Part shown: piece by piece, positions 45,699 to 59,859 of the stretch
How the letters are laid out: each line of letters begins with the position of its first letter
Numbering within the stretch: position 1 is the first letter of the stretch
Source of the DNA: Moniliella sp. 'wahieum'
Lineage: Eukaryota
NCBI GenBank assembly: GCA_003971905.1
Contig: RSEE01000137.1
Location: 62,001-126,000 of the forward strand
Length of the DNA stretch: 64,000 bases
Reading direction: 5' to 3'
Position numbers and translations under genes: made by a program
The notes under the pieces: model-generated
Told to the model about the DNA's origin: nothing
The model's database searches: none
The model's input: the letters and a program-made list of their open reading frames with translations, nothing else

Positions 45699-47555
45699 CC
45701 GCGCCACCGAGAGCCACCGAGAGCCACCGAGTCAACGAGCCAACGCACCAATGCGCCAACGAGCCAATGAAGCAACGAGCCCAGCAGTATACACCAGTAA
45801 ACCAGTAACCGCACCGCGCCTCGTTCTCGTTTTTGACGTGCGTGTACGCTACGGGCTGGGTAGGTAGGTAGGTTGGCGTTTGGAGGTCCTGGATCAATGA
45901 TCATTCGATGGCTCTTTTCGTTTGCTGTTGGGTTTGCCGTTGGGTTTGCCGTTGAGTTTGCCGCTGGGGTCCTATCCCCCCTTTGCCCCCCTCTATGCCC
46001 CATATCTATCCCCCTATTCGTCCCCCTATACATATACATACATATTGATTTTCACTGTGTGCGCAGTGACCGCCCTGGCATGTTGTGCCCGATAGTTGGT
46101 GTCCCGTACAACCTCAGTCCTTCCTACCTGCGCTGAAGACTTTAGTTCGTTAGTTCGCCCACCCGCTCCCGCTCTCGCTCCTGCCACCCACCTCAGGCGA
46201 CGGATGCTGGCGCTTGGCCTGCACGTCCACCCCCCCTCTCAGGCGAGATTTGAGAGTCGAGAGTCGAGATTCGAGAGCAGTGTGTTCCGCAGGCGCCGGC
46301 GCGTAAAGTATATCGGTTGGGAAGGTTGGTGGGGTTGGGGTTGCGGTAGGGATATAGGTGTACTGTTTGAGCCGATGTATACGTGGATACTTCTGCATGC
46401 ACTACTACTAAGTAGTAGTACGAATATAGGTACCGTTTGGGTACGTTGTGGCCACGCACCTTAGACTTAAGACTTTGGCTGGACAGGGTATTACCTCATT
46501 TCAATGATTAATGATGGGACGACCCAAAGCGCACACCTTAGTAGTCCACCTCTGGCTCTCATCTCCACCAGAGCCAGGCCCACAAGGCCGCACTAGCCAC
46601 AGCTACAGCACGCTTACGAGTACGCCGTGTGTCTTTTGGTTCCAGAAAAGGTGGACGCCATATATATCGCCATATAGACTGGGACTGGGACTGGGCCTGG
46701 GACATGGACTGGAACGGGGACGAGGACGGGGACCAGGGACCGGGGGAGAGAGAGGCCGACCTCAACGTGGCCTAGACAAGAGAGAGAACGGGGCAGAGGC
46801 CCTAACGAGACACGCCAGTCACCCGCCCCAAAGAGAGAGAGAGAAAGACCGAAGAGAGAGCCAAGCCGGTGAAAAAGGAACAGTAAAAGAGCGGAGAACG
46901 AAGGCAACAGAAGAACAGGAAAAAAAAGGCCACCAACAAGGCTACCAAGGCCACATACTAGAGAGAGGAAAAAAAAAAAAACTGTCTGAAGCGCACACTG
47001 GACGCTGGACGCTGGACGCATATCAAGAAGGATGCATAGCACCAAGACCATAGGGTGACGGGAGGGAAAGGAACAGCGTAACCAATTCGGTAGGTAGGTA
47101 GGTAGGGAAGCGGGGAGGGAAGGTAGGCTTATAGGTAAGGGGTAGGTAAGAAGGTAGGGAGGGAAGGAGGGAGGGAGGTATACTGTGTGGGGGGGAGAGT
47201 AAGATGTAACAAGCCAAGGCTACCCCCTACCCTACCCCCCCTCCCATCGGGGAGAAAGGGGAAGAAAGGAGGTAAACGCAAAGAAAAGAGGGCCAGCATC
47301 CTAAACTCAACCAACTTGCTCTCCCAGTCTGCCCACCACACATCCGCCATCGATCGTACTCACCAAGGCAGACGTCCACCGGGCAGACGGGCAGCCAGCC
47401 AGGCAAACAGAAAGACAGACAGACAGACAGAGAGGCAGACAGGCAAATAACCAGAGAGGCAAAGAGACAAGCTAACCGAGACCCACGTGCCCCGTCCCAT
47501 CGAGGGGTGAGGCGGGATGAGCGGGACACATGAAAACCCCAGCTGCTCGAGCGGC

Positions 47556-50500
47556 TCAAGACACTGGAGCCCATCTCGCGGTCAGGCACGCACGTCGGAG
47601 CGCGCGCGCATTTCCACCTGTCCCTCCGCACCGCATCCGCATCAGGATCAGCATCGTCAGCCACGCGGGCGTACCCCCGCGGGCTGCTGGTGGCCAGCCA
47701 GGGGAACCAAGTGCGCCAGGCCACGGGCGACCAAGGTACCCAAGGTACCCATGGAGCGGCCGGATCTTGCGCTGGCTCCCCTGGCACGGTAGCTGGGCGC
47801 AGTCCCGCATGTTGTTCTCGGTGTTGTTCTTGCCCGGGGGAGGGGGAGGGGCTGAGTGAGCTGTACGGGTCTGTGCCAGAACCGCAACGTCAACGAGGAC
47901 AGGACGACAGAGACAGACGAGAAGGCCATGAGGGCAGAAGCTAGCATGGGAGGAAGGTGGATGCCCCAGGGGAGAAGGATACCCATAGCCAACGGGATGG
48001 CCACTAAGTTGTACCCTGTAGCCCAGAGGAAGTTGAGGTGAATTTGGCGTAGGATGCGACGGGATAACAATACGGCTGCTACCACGTCGCGTAAATCGTT
48101 TCGCATCAACACTACGTCCGCAGCTTCCATCGCCACGTCCGTCCCGCTTGCCAGGGCGATCCCAACGTCCGCACAGGCTAGCGCGGGCGAATCGTTCACC
48201 CCGTCCCCGACGAAGGCTAAGGTCGCCCGGGGCGAAGCGATGGGCGAAGCAACCCAGCCTCCGCACCAACGTTCCCTCCTCCTCCGCCTCGCAGCTTGCG
48301 CGAGCGAAGCAGCATCACCAGTTCCACCAGCAGCACCAGCACCATCAGCAGAAGAAAGAGGAAGAGAACCTGGCTCGTCCGGTACGTCCCATACGTGGTC
48401 CTCTTGCAACTCGCGCACCAACGCCGCCTTGCCCGCGGGGGATACGGCTGCGTACACGTGACTTTGGTCGATACCGACTTGACGGGCAACAGCTAGGGCG
48501 GTACTGCGCGCGTCGCCTGTGACCATGGAGGACTGAATGCCCCACTGAGCCAAGAGACGTACGACCAACGCTGCTTCAGGTTTGAGTGTATCGCTCAAGG
48601 CGAATGCGCAGCACGCCGAGCCGTCCAGAGCGACGTGCACGACGGTCTGGCCTTGCGTTTGGTGGTCGTGCGCAAAGGCCAGCAAGGTCGCGGGCGCAGA
48701 GACTGCCATGGTCTGCGAAAGGTGCGCGAGTGTGCCAATGGCCAAAGTGTGGGTCGTGTGCTGCGCCGTACGTACTTGTGCTACCACCCCGGCGCCAGGG
48801 ACCGACTCAAATTGAATCACATGCGCACTGTCGTCTTCTCCACGGGGTTCTGCTCCTGTTCCTTCCGGGTCCTGCTCTTGTTCTTTGATTTCTTGCTCTT
48901 GCTCCGTGGTGTCGGGTTGGTGGTGTGCGCGGCGCGAGGGCGAGGGGTAAAGGCAGTCAAAGCCTTGGCCAGCGGATGCTCCGATAAGCGTTCCACCGCA
49001 TGGATCATAGCCAAGACGGTGGTGTGGTGCGCATCGGTACAGCGGGTCCGTGTTGGTGTCGGTGTCGGTGTCGGAGTCGGAGTCGGCCCAGGCCAGGTGC
49101 TGCACCGAAAGGCGACCGACAGTCAAGGTGCCCGTCTTGTCAAACAAGACGCGGCGAATGGAGTGGCTCGCCTCGAGTGCCGGAGCGCCCTTGATCAAAA
49201 TACCATTTGGGCGCCGGTGCCTGTGCCGACCATGACGGACGGCGGTGGGGGTGGAGAGGCCCAATGCACAGGGACAAGCGACGACGACGACAGAGATGCA
49301 GAGTTTGAGACAGACCATGGTACTGGACATGCTGGCAGTGACAAAAGCCGAAGGCAGTAGGGTAGGCGGTAAGATCCAGTGCACCAAAGCCATCCAGACA
49401 AGAAACGTTCCCAAGGCCAAGCTCACTACGACAGGGACAAAGATCGCTGCGATGCGATCGGCAAACGCTTGGATCGGAGCCTTGCTCGCCTGCGCTTCTT
49501 GCACCAACGAAACGACTTGCGCTAACGCCGTCTCCTTGCCCACCCGTGTCACACGGACATCCAACGTGCCCGTCACCCCATTTACCGTACCGGCACTTAC
49601 ACGAGCTCCGGGCTTCTTGCTCACGGGCAAACTCTCGCCCGTCAACATAGACTCGTCCACCTCGCTCACCCCACGTTCGATCGTGCCATCAGCCGGCACC
49701 TTGGTACCCGGCAAGACCTTGAGCAAATCGCCCACTTGCAACAGGTCACTGGCAATTTGCTTTTCGGCCGCGCCGGCACCCGTGGGATCCGTGTAAATCG
49801 TCGCGACGCTCGGGGCCAAACTGATTAGCTGGGACAAGGATTCGCTCGTTTTGCCCTTGGCCGTCGTTTCCAGGTACCGGCCGAGTGAGACAAACGTGAT
49901 GAGCATCACCGAGGTATCAAAGAACGTAGCGGGCGGCATGCACATGCCAGCATGCATCGCCATGCCAGGCGTTGCGGTGGTGGTGCTGGTGGTGCTGGTG
50001 GTGGCAGCGGCCATGGTCATGCCAGCCGATGTGCCTGCCAATGCGTCGTCGGGGCATCCGATCCACAACGAGACCAACAGCGACACGAGACTAAATGCAA
50101 ACGCTGCCGTTGTGCCAAACACGACGAGCACATCCATGTTGGCCGAGCCGTGGCGGAGCGCCTTGGCTGCCGAGCGGTAAAATTGAGCGCCCAAACCAAA
50201 TTGGACAGGCAGGACGGGCGAGGACAAGCAGATCTTTAAGAAACAGTCCGGGCCACAGTTGCCATACCAACCATCTGCGTGCCCATGCGACCTTCATCAA
50301 AACCATGATCAGCATGACTGGCAGGGCAAAGCTCAATGCGATCCAGAACGACCTGCGCCACTTGACGGCCTCTTCGACGCGGCTCAAGGACCGCAACTGA
50401 GTCGTATTGCTCTCGTCGTACACGACCGCATCAAATCCCATATCTTCAATTGCCTCCACCAGCACACGTACGCCCGCCACCTTGGCACGGTCGAACCGGA

Positions 50501-51001
50501 TGCGCGCCTGGTTGAGCATGAGGTTGACCGACGTCCTCGACGCCCGGCAGGGCATCGAGACCTTGCTGGATGGTCGCGCTGCAGGAGGCACACGTCATGC
50601 CGTGGACTTGGAGGACGACAGTCTGGCTGCCCGAGCCCGAGCCCGAGGCACCGTGGGCTGGACTACCAGATGCCGGCTGGAGCGAAGCAGGCTCCGCCTC
50701 AAACCCAATATCGTCAATCTCCTCGGCCAGCTTGGCGGGCGTCCAGGCCGAGTCGGCGGCGTAGGTGATGAGCGCACGCTCGGTGATCAGGGCGACGCTG
50801 GCGTCGTGCACGCCCGGCAGGCTGCGGAGCATGCCTTCGATCGTCTGGCCGCGCAAAGGGGGGGTTAGCGGATCGGGGGACCGAGGGTGGAGGCGGCAGG
50901 AGGGACGTACGGCGACACAGGAGGCACAGGTCATGCCGTGCACGACGAGGACGCAGGTGGCGAGGTGGGGCGGGCGGGGCATGCGCATGGGCAGCAGCCA
51001 T
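47556..51001 (-). CDS. CCC2: Copper-transporting P1B-type ATPase
   Basis: Two HMA domains (GMTCASC x2), ANMDVLV, FFDTSVMLITFVSLGRYLE, DESMLTGES, ACPCALGL, DKTGT, SEHPLAKA (alternate frame), MVTGD, VGDGVNDSPALA, YNL..P, MAFSSVSV. One intron near 50845-50910. The exact stop is uncertain because of frameshifts. Confidence 0.96.
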
Positions 51002-52015
51002 GGCGGGGGGGGGCGGGGATGGGGATGGGGATGGGGATGGGGATGGGGATGGAGAGGGGGAGAGGGGATGGAGATGGGGATGGAGATGGGGATGGGAAGG
51101 GAGGGGGAGGAGGATGCCGAGGGCTGTGGCGGTGGGGGTGCTTTGCTGCTCAGCTGGGCACTGCGGGGGGGGCGATGGGTGATGGCGGTGGGTGATGCGC
51201 GTGCCATCGGATGGCTGCATGCCGATCGCCTCCGTGCAGCGCTGACCTAATCTGATCAGATTGCTGCGGCGCACATCACACTCCGGTCACCGGCTGGTCG
51301 CCCCCATCCCGTCGCATCACTGCTCCACCTGCGCCTCCCCCGTCCCTCTTGCTCCTTCGCCGCCTTGTGCTTGCTTGCCTGCGCTTCTTCCCCCTCGCGC
51401 ATAGCGCAGGAACGGAGCGGCCGGGCGGTGGACGGTGGATATTGGATCCAGTATTCCGATCCGGAAGACAAGGCGACTAGTGACTAGTGACTGGTGACCG
51501 GTGCGGCGCCTCGGACTGCGATCGGAACGGCGACCAGGCCACAGCGCGTTGTGTGTGCCTGGGCCGGTGCAAGCTCCGTAACCCCCGCTAGGGTTACTTG
51601 GCATGGCGGCCGATACGCGCGGGATAAGCGCCAACCCTAACCCCAATCAGCTGCGTCTGCCCAATCAGAGCGCAGGCGATGCGTGACCGGTGATATCCCT
51701 CTCCTCCGCTCCAGTGCCTTTGCCCCGCCCGGACAGTCACCGCCATCGCCACCGTCGCCATCGCCGTCGCCATCGCCACCGCCGCACTACCATCACCGCC
51801 ACCGCCATCGCCACCACCACCACTCCTTCCCCTACCACCCACCACCACCTCCTCTCCTCCTCCCGACAGGTGCCACCTACGCCGCTCGGCGTTGGTCTGC
51901 AGCCTGTCCCCTCTATCTGGCATGTCAACCCTACGCGGTGCGAGTGGCACGGTCCTTTCCGGGCTGCGTGCGCGTGCCGGGACGCCTGCGTCGGCGGACC
52001 CGTTGGTGCGCATCG

Positions 52016-53931
52016 ATGGCCTGGACCCGATACGTGGGCGATCGTCATGTGGTTGCCTGCCCAGCAGACGGCCATGCCATCAGCAACACGGTTTCCATCT
52101 TTGTGCCGTTTTGGGAGTACTGCGTCTTGTTCCCCAGCGAGGTGCAGATGTACGTGTGTGCTTCTTCTTCTTTTAATCCCTTTTCTTTTGGTTGTTTTGG
52201 TGTTGGTGTTGGGGTTGGGCGGGATTGCGTCCCATCGCCCTCCTCCCCCCCCCCCAATTCTTGCTTTTGTGTTTCTGTTTCTCTTTCTTCCGATACTGAC
52301 AATGACCATGACAATGATGATGATGATGCAGATGGCGGCGGATGCTGCGCAGCAAACCGTTCCGATGGCACTTTGCGCCGATTATGACGCTGGTGCTACG
52401 CTACCTACTGATCGTGTTTGCGTTCAACGATGCGTTACCCAGTGGAGCACGTCCAACACGGACTTTGAATGTGCGTTGCAGAGCGTGCTGTTCTGCGGGA
52501 CGAACGTGTGCTGAGCACGTGTGCGGTGGTGGCCATGGCTGGCGGACGAACGCCGTGGTGCGCGGGGTGATCCAGCAACCTGCGCGTCGCCTGGCCATGC
52601 AGACCCTACTGGGCATACTCTTATTGGCCAACGTGGCGATCTGCTGGGTGTTTTTGATCCAGGCCCAGTTCACCGGGTCCTGGTCCAACACTGCCGTGCA
52701 CGGCGTCTGCCTCGCCTCCGCCACCGAGGAGCTCACCCAGCCCGTCGCCGTCGCCCACGACATGGAGTTTTGGTACTACGTCGTGTCGATCCTGTTTGAT
52801 GCGTACTGCGCTTTGACCATCACCTTGGCCCTGCGTCGCCTTGCAAGCCACAGCCACGGCTTCTCCAAATTGATCCACCAGTACGCACTCCCCCCCCCCC
52901 CGCCTCCCTCTTGATCGTCTCTTGATCGTCTTTTGATACCCCCCTCCTCCCCCCTGCGCGCGTCGAAATCCTCATTGTTCTAACTCACTCTTCTCCCCTT
53001 TTCTGTGTTTGCTGCGGCGGTACAGACTGGTGCTGCACAGCGTCGGGTACCTGGTACTCATCCTACTGCTCATGCTGCTCGGCATCATTTGGCTCCGCGT
53101 CCAAAACGCCTTTTTCGCCGCCAACTTTATCCAGATCATCCAGGCTGCCATCGTCGTTCGTACCTCATCACCGAACAGGACCAGGCTCAGCACGCTCACG
53201 ACGCGGAACCTTATCCTGGCTACACGTACGGGTTCGTTTACGACCACTCCCTATCGCGGTCACGCTCGCGCTCCTTCCGCCGCCACAGCCTCGCCGAGTC
53301 GTACCCGGGCCAGTCCGTGGCGTGCTCCGGGATCGAGCTCCCCGAACCACAGCATGCAAACCCGCACAGCACTTACCACCCTTCCCACTCTCCCCCCGAT
53401 CCTTATCCTTATCCCGATCCTGGCACGTACGCGTACGCCTACCCAGCCCAAGACACCCACACCTACCCTCACACGCACACCCACCCGGACACGGAAAAGG
53501 ATACAGACGAAGACAAGGACAAGGACAAGGACAAGGATAGGGATTTCGCATTGCCTTATTGTCCCCACGACGATCCTCTCCGCCCACCACTACCACGCAC
53601 GAGCCTCGACATTACCCGGTGCACATCTCAGTCCTACCCCCTCCCTTCCCCCTTCACATCCATCCTCGTATTCGTATCCTCACCACTTTCACCACGCACC
53701 TCACTTGCGCTTCCCCCTTCGCACGACCTTTCGCATGACCTTTCGCACAGGGCGCTGCACGCGCCCTACCCCCCACTCCCGCTCCCGCTAGGCACCTACA
53801 CCGCCACCGACGCGTACCTCAGCGCGCGGGGCGGCACACGCGCTACCCCGCTGGCACCTCCGGCTCAGGCCAGTCAGGCGCATCCGGTACCTCAGGCGTA
53901 TCGGGTGACTCTGGTGAGTCAGGCGGGTTGA
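52016..53931 (+). CDS. Multi-pass (about 7-TM) membrane protein, basidiomycete DUF6533-like
   Basis: N-terminal FWEYCVLFPSEVQ and LVLRYLLI motifs, then successive hydrophobic helices (TLLGILLLANVAICWVFLI; FWYYVVSILFDAYCALTI; VGYLVLILLLMLLGIIWL; FAANFIQIIQAAIVV) and a low-complexity tail. Introns at about 52150-52331 and 52881-53025. Confidence 0.55.
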
Positions 53932-55847
53932 GGGGCTGCGAACGCACCGGGACGCGCGAATCGAAAACGAGTGGGGAAAACGAGTGCGAGGGGAAAACGA
54001 GCGCCAGTGGGAGTGGGAGTGGGAGTGGGGTGGGAGTGGGAGTGATAAGAGCAGTAAAGTCGAGGTGGATTCCATCCCGATCCATGTCTTGCCCAAACGG
54101 ACCCCCCACGATCACATCACGGCGCGCTGACGCCGACGGGGACGCGTACGCGTACGCATACGCTTCCGCCGACAGGGATAGGGGTAGGGACCAAGCTGAG
54201 ACGTACCACACCTGTACTTCCCCCGCGGCCCTGTGCATGTGGATCGCTACGCTCCAGGCGCAGGTGTAGGTGCAGGTGCAGGTGCAGGTGTAGGTGCTCC
54301 CGACCGACCCCACGACTGGGACGGGGGTTGGGACCGACCCGCGACTGGACCGGGACTGAGACCGGGGGCGGAGACTACACCGGAGACTGGGACTGGGATT
54401 GGACTGCAGATGCAAATGCCGACGGGGACCCACACGGGAACCCACACGGGAACCCACACGGGGAGGAAGGGATGAGCAGGCACGGACGTGCGGAGGAAAA
54501 TACGGTGCCTGCACGTCCGCCCCGCGCGTCGGGTCGGACGTGGGTAAGGCAAATTGGTCTGGTGCGCTCGACCCCGGCTAGGTCTAGTTGGACGTACGCT
54601 TCACCGCCACCGCCACCGCCACTGCCACCGGAAGCGGAAGTGGTACCATCGGTGTTGCCCTCGTGGTCTGCCCCCGCCCACGGTCCTGCTGGCGGTGGGA
54701 CGGACCCTGCCGCGTACGTCTCCCCCCCCGCCCAGGGTTTTTTCCAGGAGCGGTGCCGCGCACGACGTGATGCACGTACCGGATGGGACGGAGAGGAGGG
54801 ATGGGACGGACGCGACGACGCGACGGATGAGACGGATGTGAGGGATGTGAAGGATGGGGATGACAAGGCGTGCGTGTCGGTGCGGTCGATTGTGTTGGGT
54901 CGGACACGTGATGTGCATGTGCCACGTGGGACTTGGACCCAGATCTACCATCTACCTTGCAGATCCACGTCCCAGATTCACCTCCCAGGTGCACGTGGCA
55001 GATGCACGTCGCAGCGTCCGACGTCTCTCCGCTGGCTGGCGTGGGTGCGGCGGCGTGGTCGTGCGACGGGGGCCGGACACGCGCAGGACGGGGTGAGGGG
55101 TGAGGGGTGGGACTGGCGACGTACCCCGTACCCGTACCCCCTACCTCGTACCAGTACTCCGTACCCAGTACCCCGTCCTGCGAGTACGACGGACAGCGTA
55201 CGATGTGCGATGTCCCCCCGCCTCCCGCCCTGCCCAGACCCCCAAGGCCCGTCGGGGTCGACCGGCCTGTGGTGTTGGCTTTGCTTTGCTTTGCTTTGCT
55301 TGTTTTTGTTTTGTTTTGTTTTTGTTTTGGCTTGTTTGGGAGTAGGGCGTTTGTATGTGCGTGGACGTGGGCTGTACTTTTGTGTGTCGGGTGGGGTGTG
55401 TGTTGTTGTTCCCCCTTCGGTTGGCCCTGCTCCGCTCTGCTCTTCTTGTTGCTCTTGTTGCTGTTGTTACTCTTGCCCACGTTGATGCTGTTGCCCACGG
55501 TGCTCTGCTTGGTGGTTGTGGGGGGTGTTCTTGGGGGGGGGGTGGTGTTGCTAGGGGGTTGGTTGCATAGTACACTGGCGACGGATGTCCGTGCCTGGTC
55601 AATTATTGACCTTTGCTACTGCAGATCCACTGGGAGTGTGTGTAGCGTCACGTGCGCCCCACACGCGGAATCCAGCGGAAGCCTGAAATGCGCTTCCGCC
55701 CCGGGGCGGAATGCGCCGCCTGGGCGCCTTTCGCCCGTGCGACCCACCGCCGCACCACCACCATCTCTCTCGCCTTGGGCCGCCGCCGCCACCGCCACCG
55801 CCACCGCCACCGCCACCGCCGCCCCCACCCGCGGCGCCGTCGCCACC

Positions 55848-58800
55848 ATGGCCTCCCCGCACCCTCGCCCGGCCTCGCCCGCCGCGTCCTCCAGCGCCGG
55901 CTCCAGCGACGAGCAGCCGCTCATCACCGCCTTCCCGCCCGCCCTGCCTTCTTCCGTATCGGCGTCCGTGTCCATGCCCGCCCTGCCCGCGCCCACGCCC
56001 ACAGCTGCGTCCGCGTCGGCCCCCGCGTCGGCCTCGGCCTCGCCCGGCGCGCCCAGCCCCGCCGACCAGCTCGCACACCACCGCCGCATGGTTGCCACTA
56101 ACATCAAGGCCGCGCGGCAGCGCTTCTACTCGGGCCCGCACACCACGTCTTCGCGCCAGTTCTCGACGCCGCCCAAGGACGAGTGATCAAGCGCCGGCCA
56201 GCCAAGAACTGCGATGTGCGCACCGAGCATCACCCGTGCACAAGTACCCGCGCATCAAGCCCGAGCCCTCGTTACCGATGCTCGAGATCCCCACTGCGCC
56301 TGCGCGTCGCGCCCCCCCCTCTTCTTCCTCCACTTCCAAGCCTGCCGAGCGGCCCATGGGGATTCCTGAGGCCCCTGTGTTTTATCCCTCCGCCGCCGAG
56401 TTCGCCAACCCCATGCAGTACATTCGCCATATCGCCAGCCCCAGTGGGGGCGACGCTGCCGCCTACGGCATCTGCAAGATCGTCCCCCCGAAGGATGGGA
56501 CATGAACTTTGTCCTGGACCAGCAGGTACGTTCTTCTATATTCTGCTTTCTCCTCCCCCCCCCTTTTTTGTTTCTTCTTTCTGACCATCCTTGCCTATTC
56601 GTAGCGTTTCCGCTTCGCGACGCGTGTCCAACGGCTCAGCGACTTGCCCGCCGAAGTGCGCACGGGCCAACACTACGTCCACCAACTGCACAAGTTCCAT
56701 GCCACCCGGCTCCAGAGAGACTTTACCATCCCGATCCTGCGTGGCGAAGGGCTGGACCTGTACCGGCTCAAGGTGCTGGTGCAGAACGGGGGCGGATTTG
56801 ACGAGGTGTCACGCAACCGCCAATGGACGGACATTACGCGCAAACTCGGGTACCCTAAAAACGTCTCAACCCGCTCTCTCAGCAGGTCAAGGTCTCCTAC
56901 GCAAAATCATCGCCCCGTACGAACTGTGGCGCGAAAAGATCCGTGCGGGCCAGACCCCGTTGCCAGAGGAGGGCGGGCTGACTTCCGTTGCCGCCGCTGT
57001 TGCTGCTGCTCCTACTGCTACTGCCCCGCCCGCAGCGGCGGCAGTGTCGGAAGCAGCAGGGTCAGTCGCGCCCGCGCCGGGCAAGGGCAAGCCGCAGGGC
57101 AAAGCGCACGCAAGGCGCATGGCAAGGCGTCTCGCCATGTGGCCGCTGCGGCAGCGGCAGCGCCGGCGCGCAAGTCGTTGGACCTGGAGCACTTGTTCTG
57201 CACGCAATGTGGCAGTGGGGAAGATGCGGAGCACATGTGCGACGACTGTGACCGCGGTTTCCACCTGTACTGTCTCTCGCCCAAGGTGGAGTCGGTTGCC
57301 GTACGGAGAATGGATTGCGAGAGGTCTGGCAGTACTGAAGGAAGACTTGGGTTTGACGGGGCGACACGCACTCGCTCTACTCGTTTTACCGTCGGTCCGA
57401 GGAGTTCCGTCGGGCGTGGTGGACGCGTCATCCGGACCGGATCAGTGAGGGCGGCACGTCGTTACGCCAGCCGTTGCCGGGGTTGGTGTGTGTCCCGTCC
57501 GAGGCGGATGTGGAGAATGAGTTTTGGCGCCTGACCAGCTCCAAGAAGGACAGTCGAGGTGGAGTATGGCGCGGACATCGATGCGGTTATCCATGGTGGA
57601 CCAGCACCGACGCTCGAGTCGCACCCTCTCGACCCGCATGCGCGCGACGCGTGGAACCTCAACGTACTGCCGATGCTCGACGGCAGTCTGCTGCGCTACG
57701 TCCAGTCCGGCGTAGCGGGCATGACGTCGCCATTCGTCTATGTCGGCATGCTGTGTTCGCCGCGTTCTGCTGGCACATGGAAGACCACTTTTCCTACTCG
57801 ATCAATTACCAGCACTTTGGGCATACCAAGACGTGGTACGGCGTGCCGGCATCGCACGCAGAAAAGTTCCACCAGGCCGTGCAGAAGTACGCGCCCGACT
57901 TGCTCGAGGGCAACCCGGACATACTCTACAACTCGTCACACTCTTTAGCCCCGAACAGCTGCGCGCCGAAGGGTGGACGTGTGCGCCGTCAACCAGCGCG
58001 CAGGCGAGTTTGTCGTCACGTTCCCCAAGGCCTTCCATGCTGGCTTCAACCACGGCTTCAACCTCAACGAGGCCGTCAACTTTGTCCTGCCCGACTGGAT
58101 CGACATGGGCAGCGAGTGCGTACAGACCTACCGTGAAATCGTGCGTCAGCCAGCGTTTTCTCACGACCAGGTCCTCTGGGCCGCAGGCGTGTTCGACCTC
58201 ACTTTCGACACGGCTACTGGCTCCTCCCGCCACTCAAGGCGATGGTCACGCACGAACTGCTCTGGCGCCAGCGGATGCGCCAGCTCGCTCACGACACGCC
58301 CACACTCACTGTTGTGGATATCTGTGCGCCAAGGGTAGAGGACGAAGTGCCACGGTTCTGCGCCCTGTGCAAGTGCTCCACGTACCTCACCTCGGTCGAG
58401 TTGGCAGACCACGACGACCGCTCTTTGATGAAGCCCAGCGCGCTTTCTCCTCGTCTTCGTCCTCCCCTTCGTCTTCCCCTTCGTCCTCCCTTTGGCGGCG
58501 GCGCCGCGCCTCACGTCCTGCATGGAACATGCGCCCTGGGTCTTTGGCCTGCCCAGCTCCAAAAAGTTCGCCCCGCCCGGCGCGATCGCACTGGCGACGT
58601 GGGAGCACTGGTCCTACACCCACCTCCCATCGCTGTACGCATCCCCTACGTCCGAACCTCCATCTGGGTCCGCATCCGGGTCTGCACCCACCGTGCTATC
58701 CGGCCCACGCACCGTGGTGCTGAGGCAAGTCTACCCGGACGGCGTACTGCGTCGGCAAGTTGCGGCGGTGGAAGCGCGTGCACGGGTATCGCGTGACTGG

Positions 58801-59815
58801 GTCCGACATTACCGCGCCGTGCTACAGGCTACACCGACACCGACGGTACCGCAGCTACAGGCGCTGAGGGAGCAAGCGCGCCGCGTACCGGCGCACATCC
58901 CCAGGTCGCTCAGCTCACACGGTTCCTCCACCAAGTCGAGCGGTGGCGGCGCAAGGCCGCACGCGTGATCACGGCCAAAGTGAACCATCCTCGACTGTTC
59001 TTGCCCTTGCGCCCGACGGGGCAGGGCAAAAGTGCAGGCAAAGGCGGAAAGGGTAAAGCTAAGACCGGTAGGGGCAAGCGCGTCCCAACAGTCGCTAGGG
59101 CCGAAGCGTTAGTGGCGTCAGGCACTCAGTTACCTGTTGAGCTAGAGGAACTGACGCAGCTCCAACAACTCTCCCGCCCGCACAGCAACTGGAGCGTGAA
59201 CTGGCCAAGTTCATCCAAGTTGTCTGGGGCAGCCAGCCTGCGGAGCAAGACGCACAAGATACGAGTCCTGTCTCGCGCGAAGGGGCTAAAGGCTTAGTGC
59301 ACAAATTGGCCCAACAACCGTTTGCCCTGCGTGGCGCAGCGCGCGTCGCTACTTACCTCGCTCACACGTGGAAAGAAGAGGATGCAAAAGGGCTCGACCC
59401 GGCGCTCGTACAGCTCTTCCAAAGTGGCTTGACGGACGTGGATGCGTCCCTGCAGGCGAATGGCCAGGGCGAGGATAAGGTCCCGGAAGTGGACCAGGAG
59501 CAGGGGCAGGAGCAGGGGCAGGAGCAGGACGATGATGAGGATGACGATGAGGATGATGATGAGGATGAGGATGATGACGATGACGATGTCGATGAGGATG
59601 CGGCGGACGAGTTCACGGGGGGCAAGAGGCTCGACCAGGCTCCGAAACGCGAGCGCGGTAAACTTCACTCTGGTGACACCAAGTCAGAGCGGACCAAACC
59701 TGCCAAACCCAAGTCGACACGTACCAAGTCGTTGTCGTCAGCAGCATCATCAGTAGTAGCCCCTCTACCGCCGCCACTGCTACCGCCACCGACGACGACG
59801 ACTGGCACACCGACA

Positions 59816-59859
<44 letters not shown>

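Noticed and set aside
54233..55700. Several 100-385 aa ORFs between the TM protein and the demethylase
   Set aside because: Low-complexity, microsatellite-derived sequence with no domain motif; probably UTR or intergenic.
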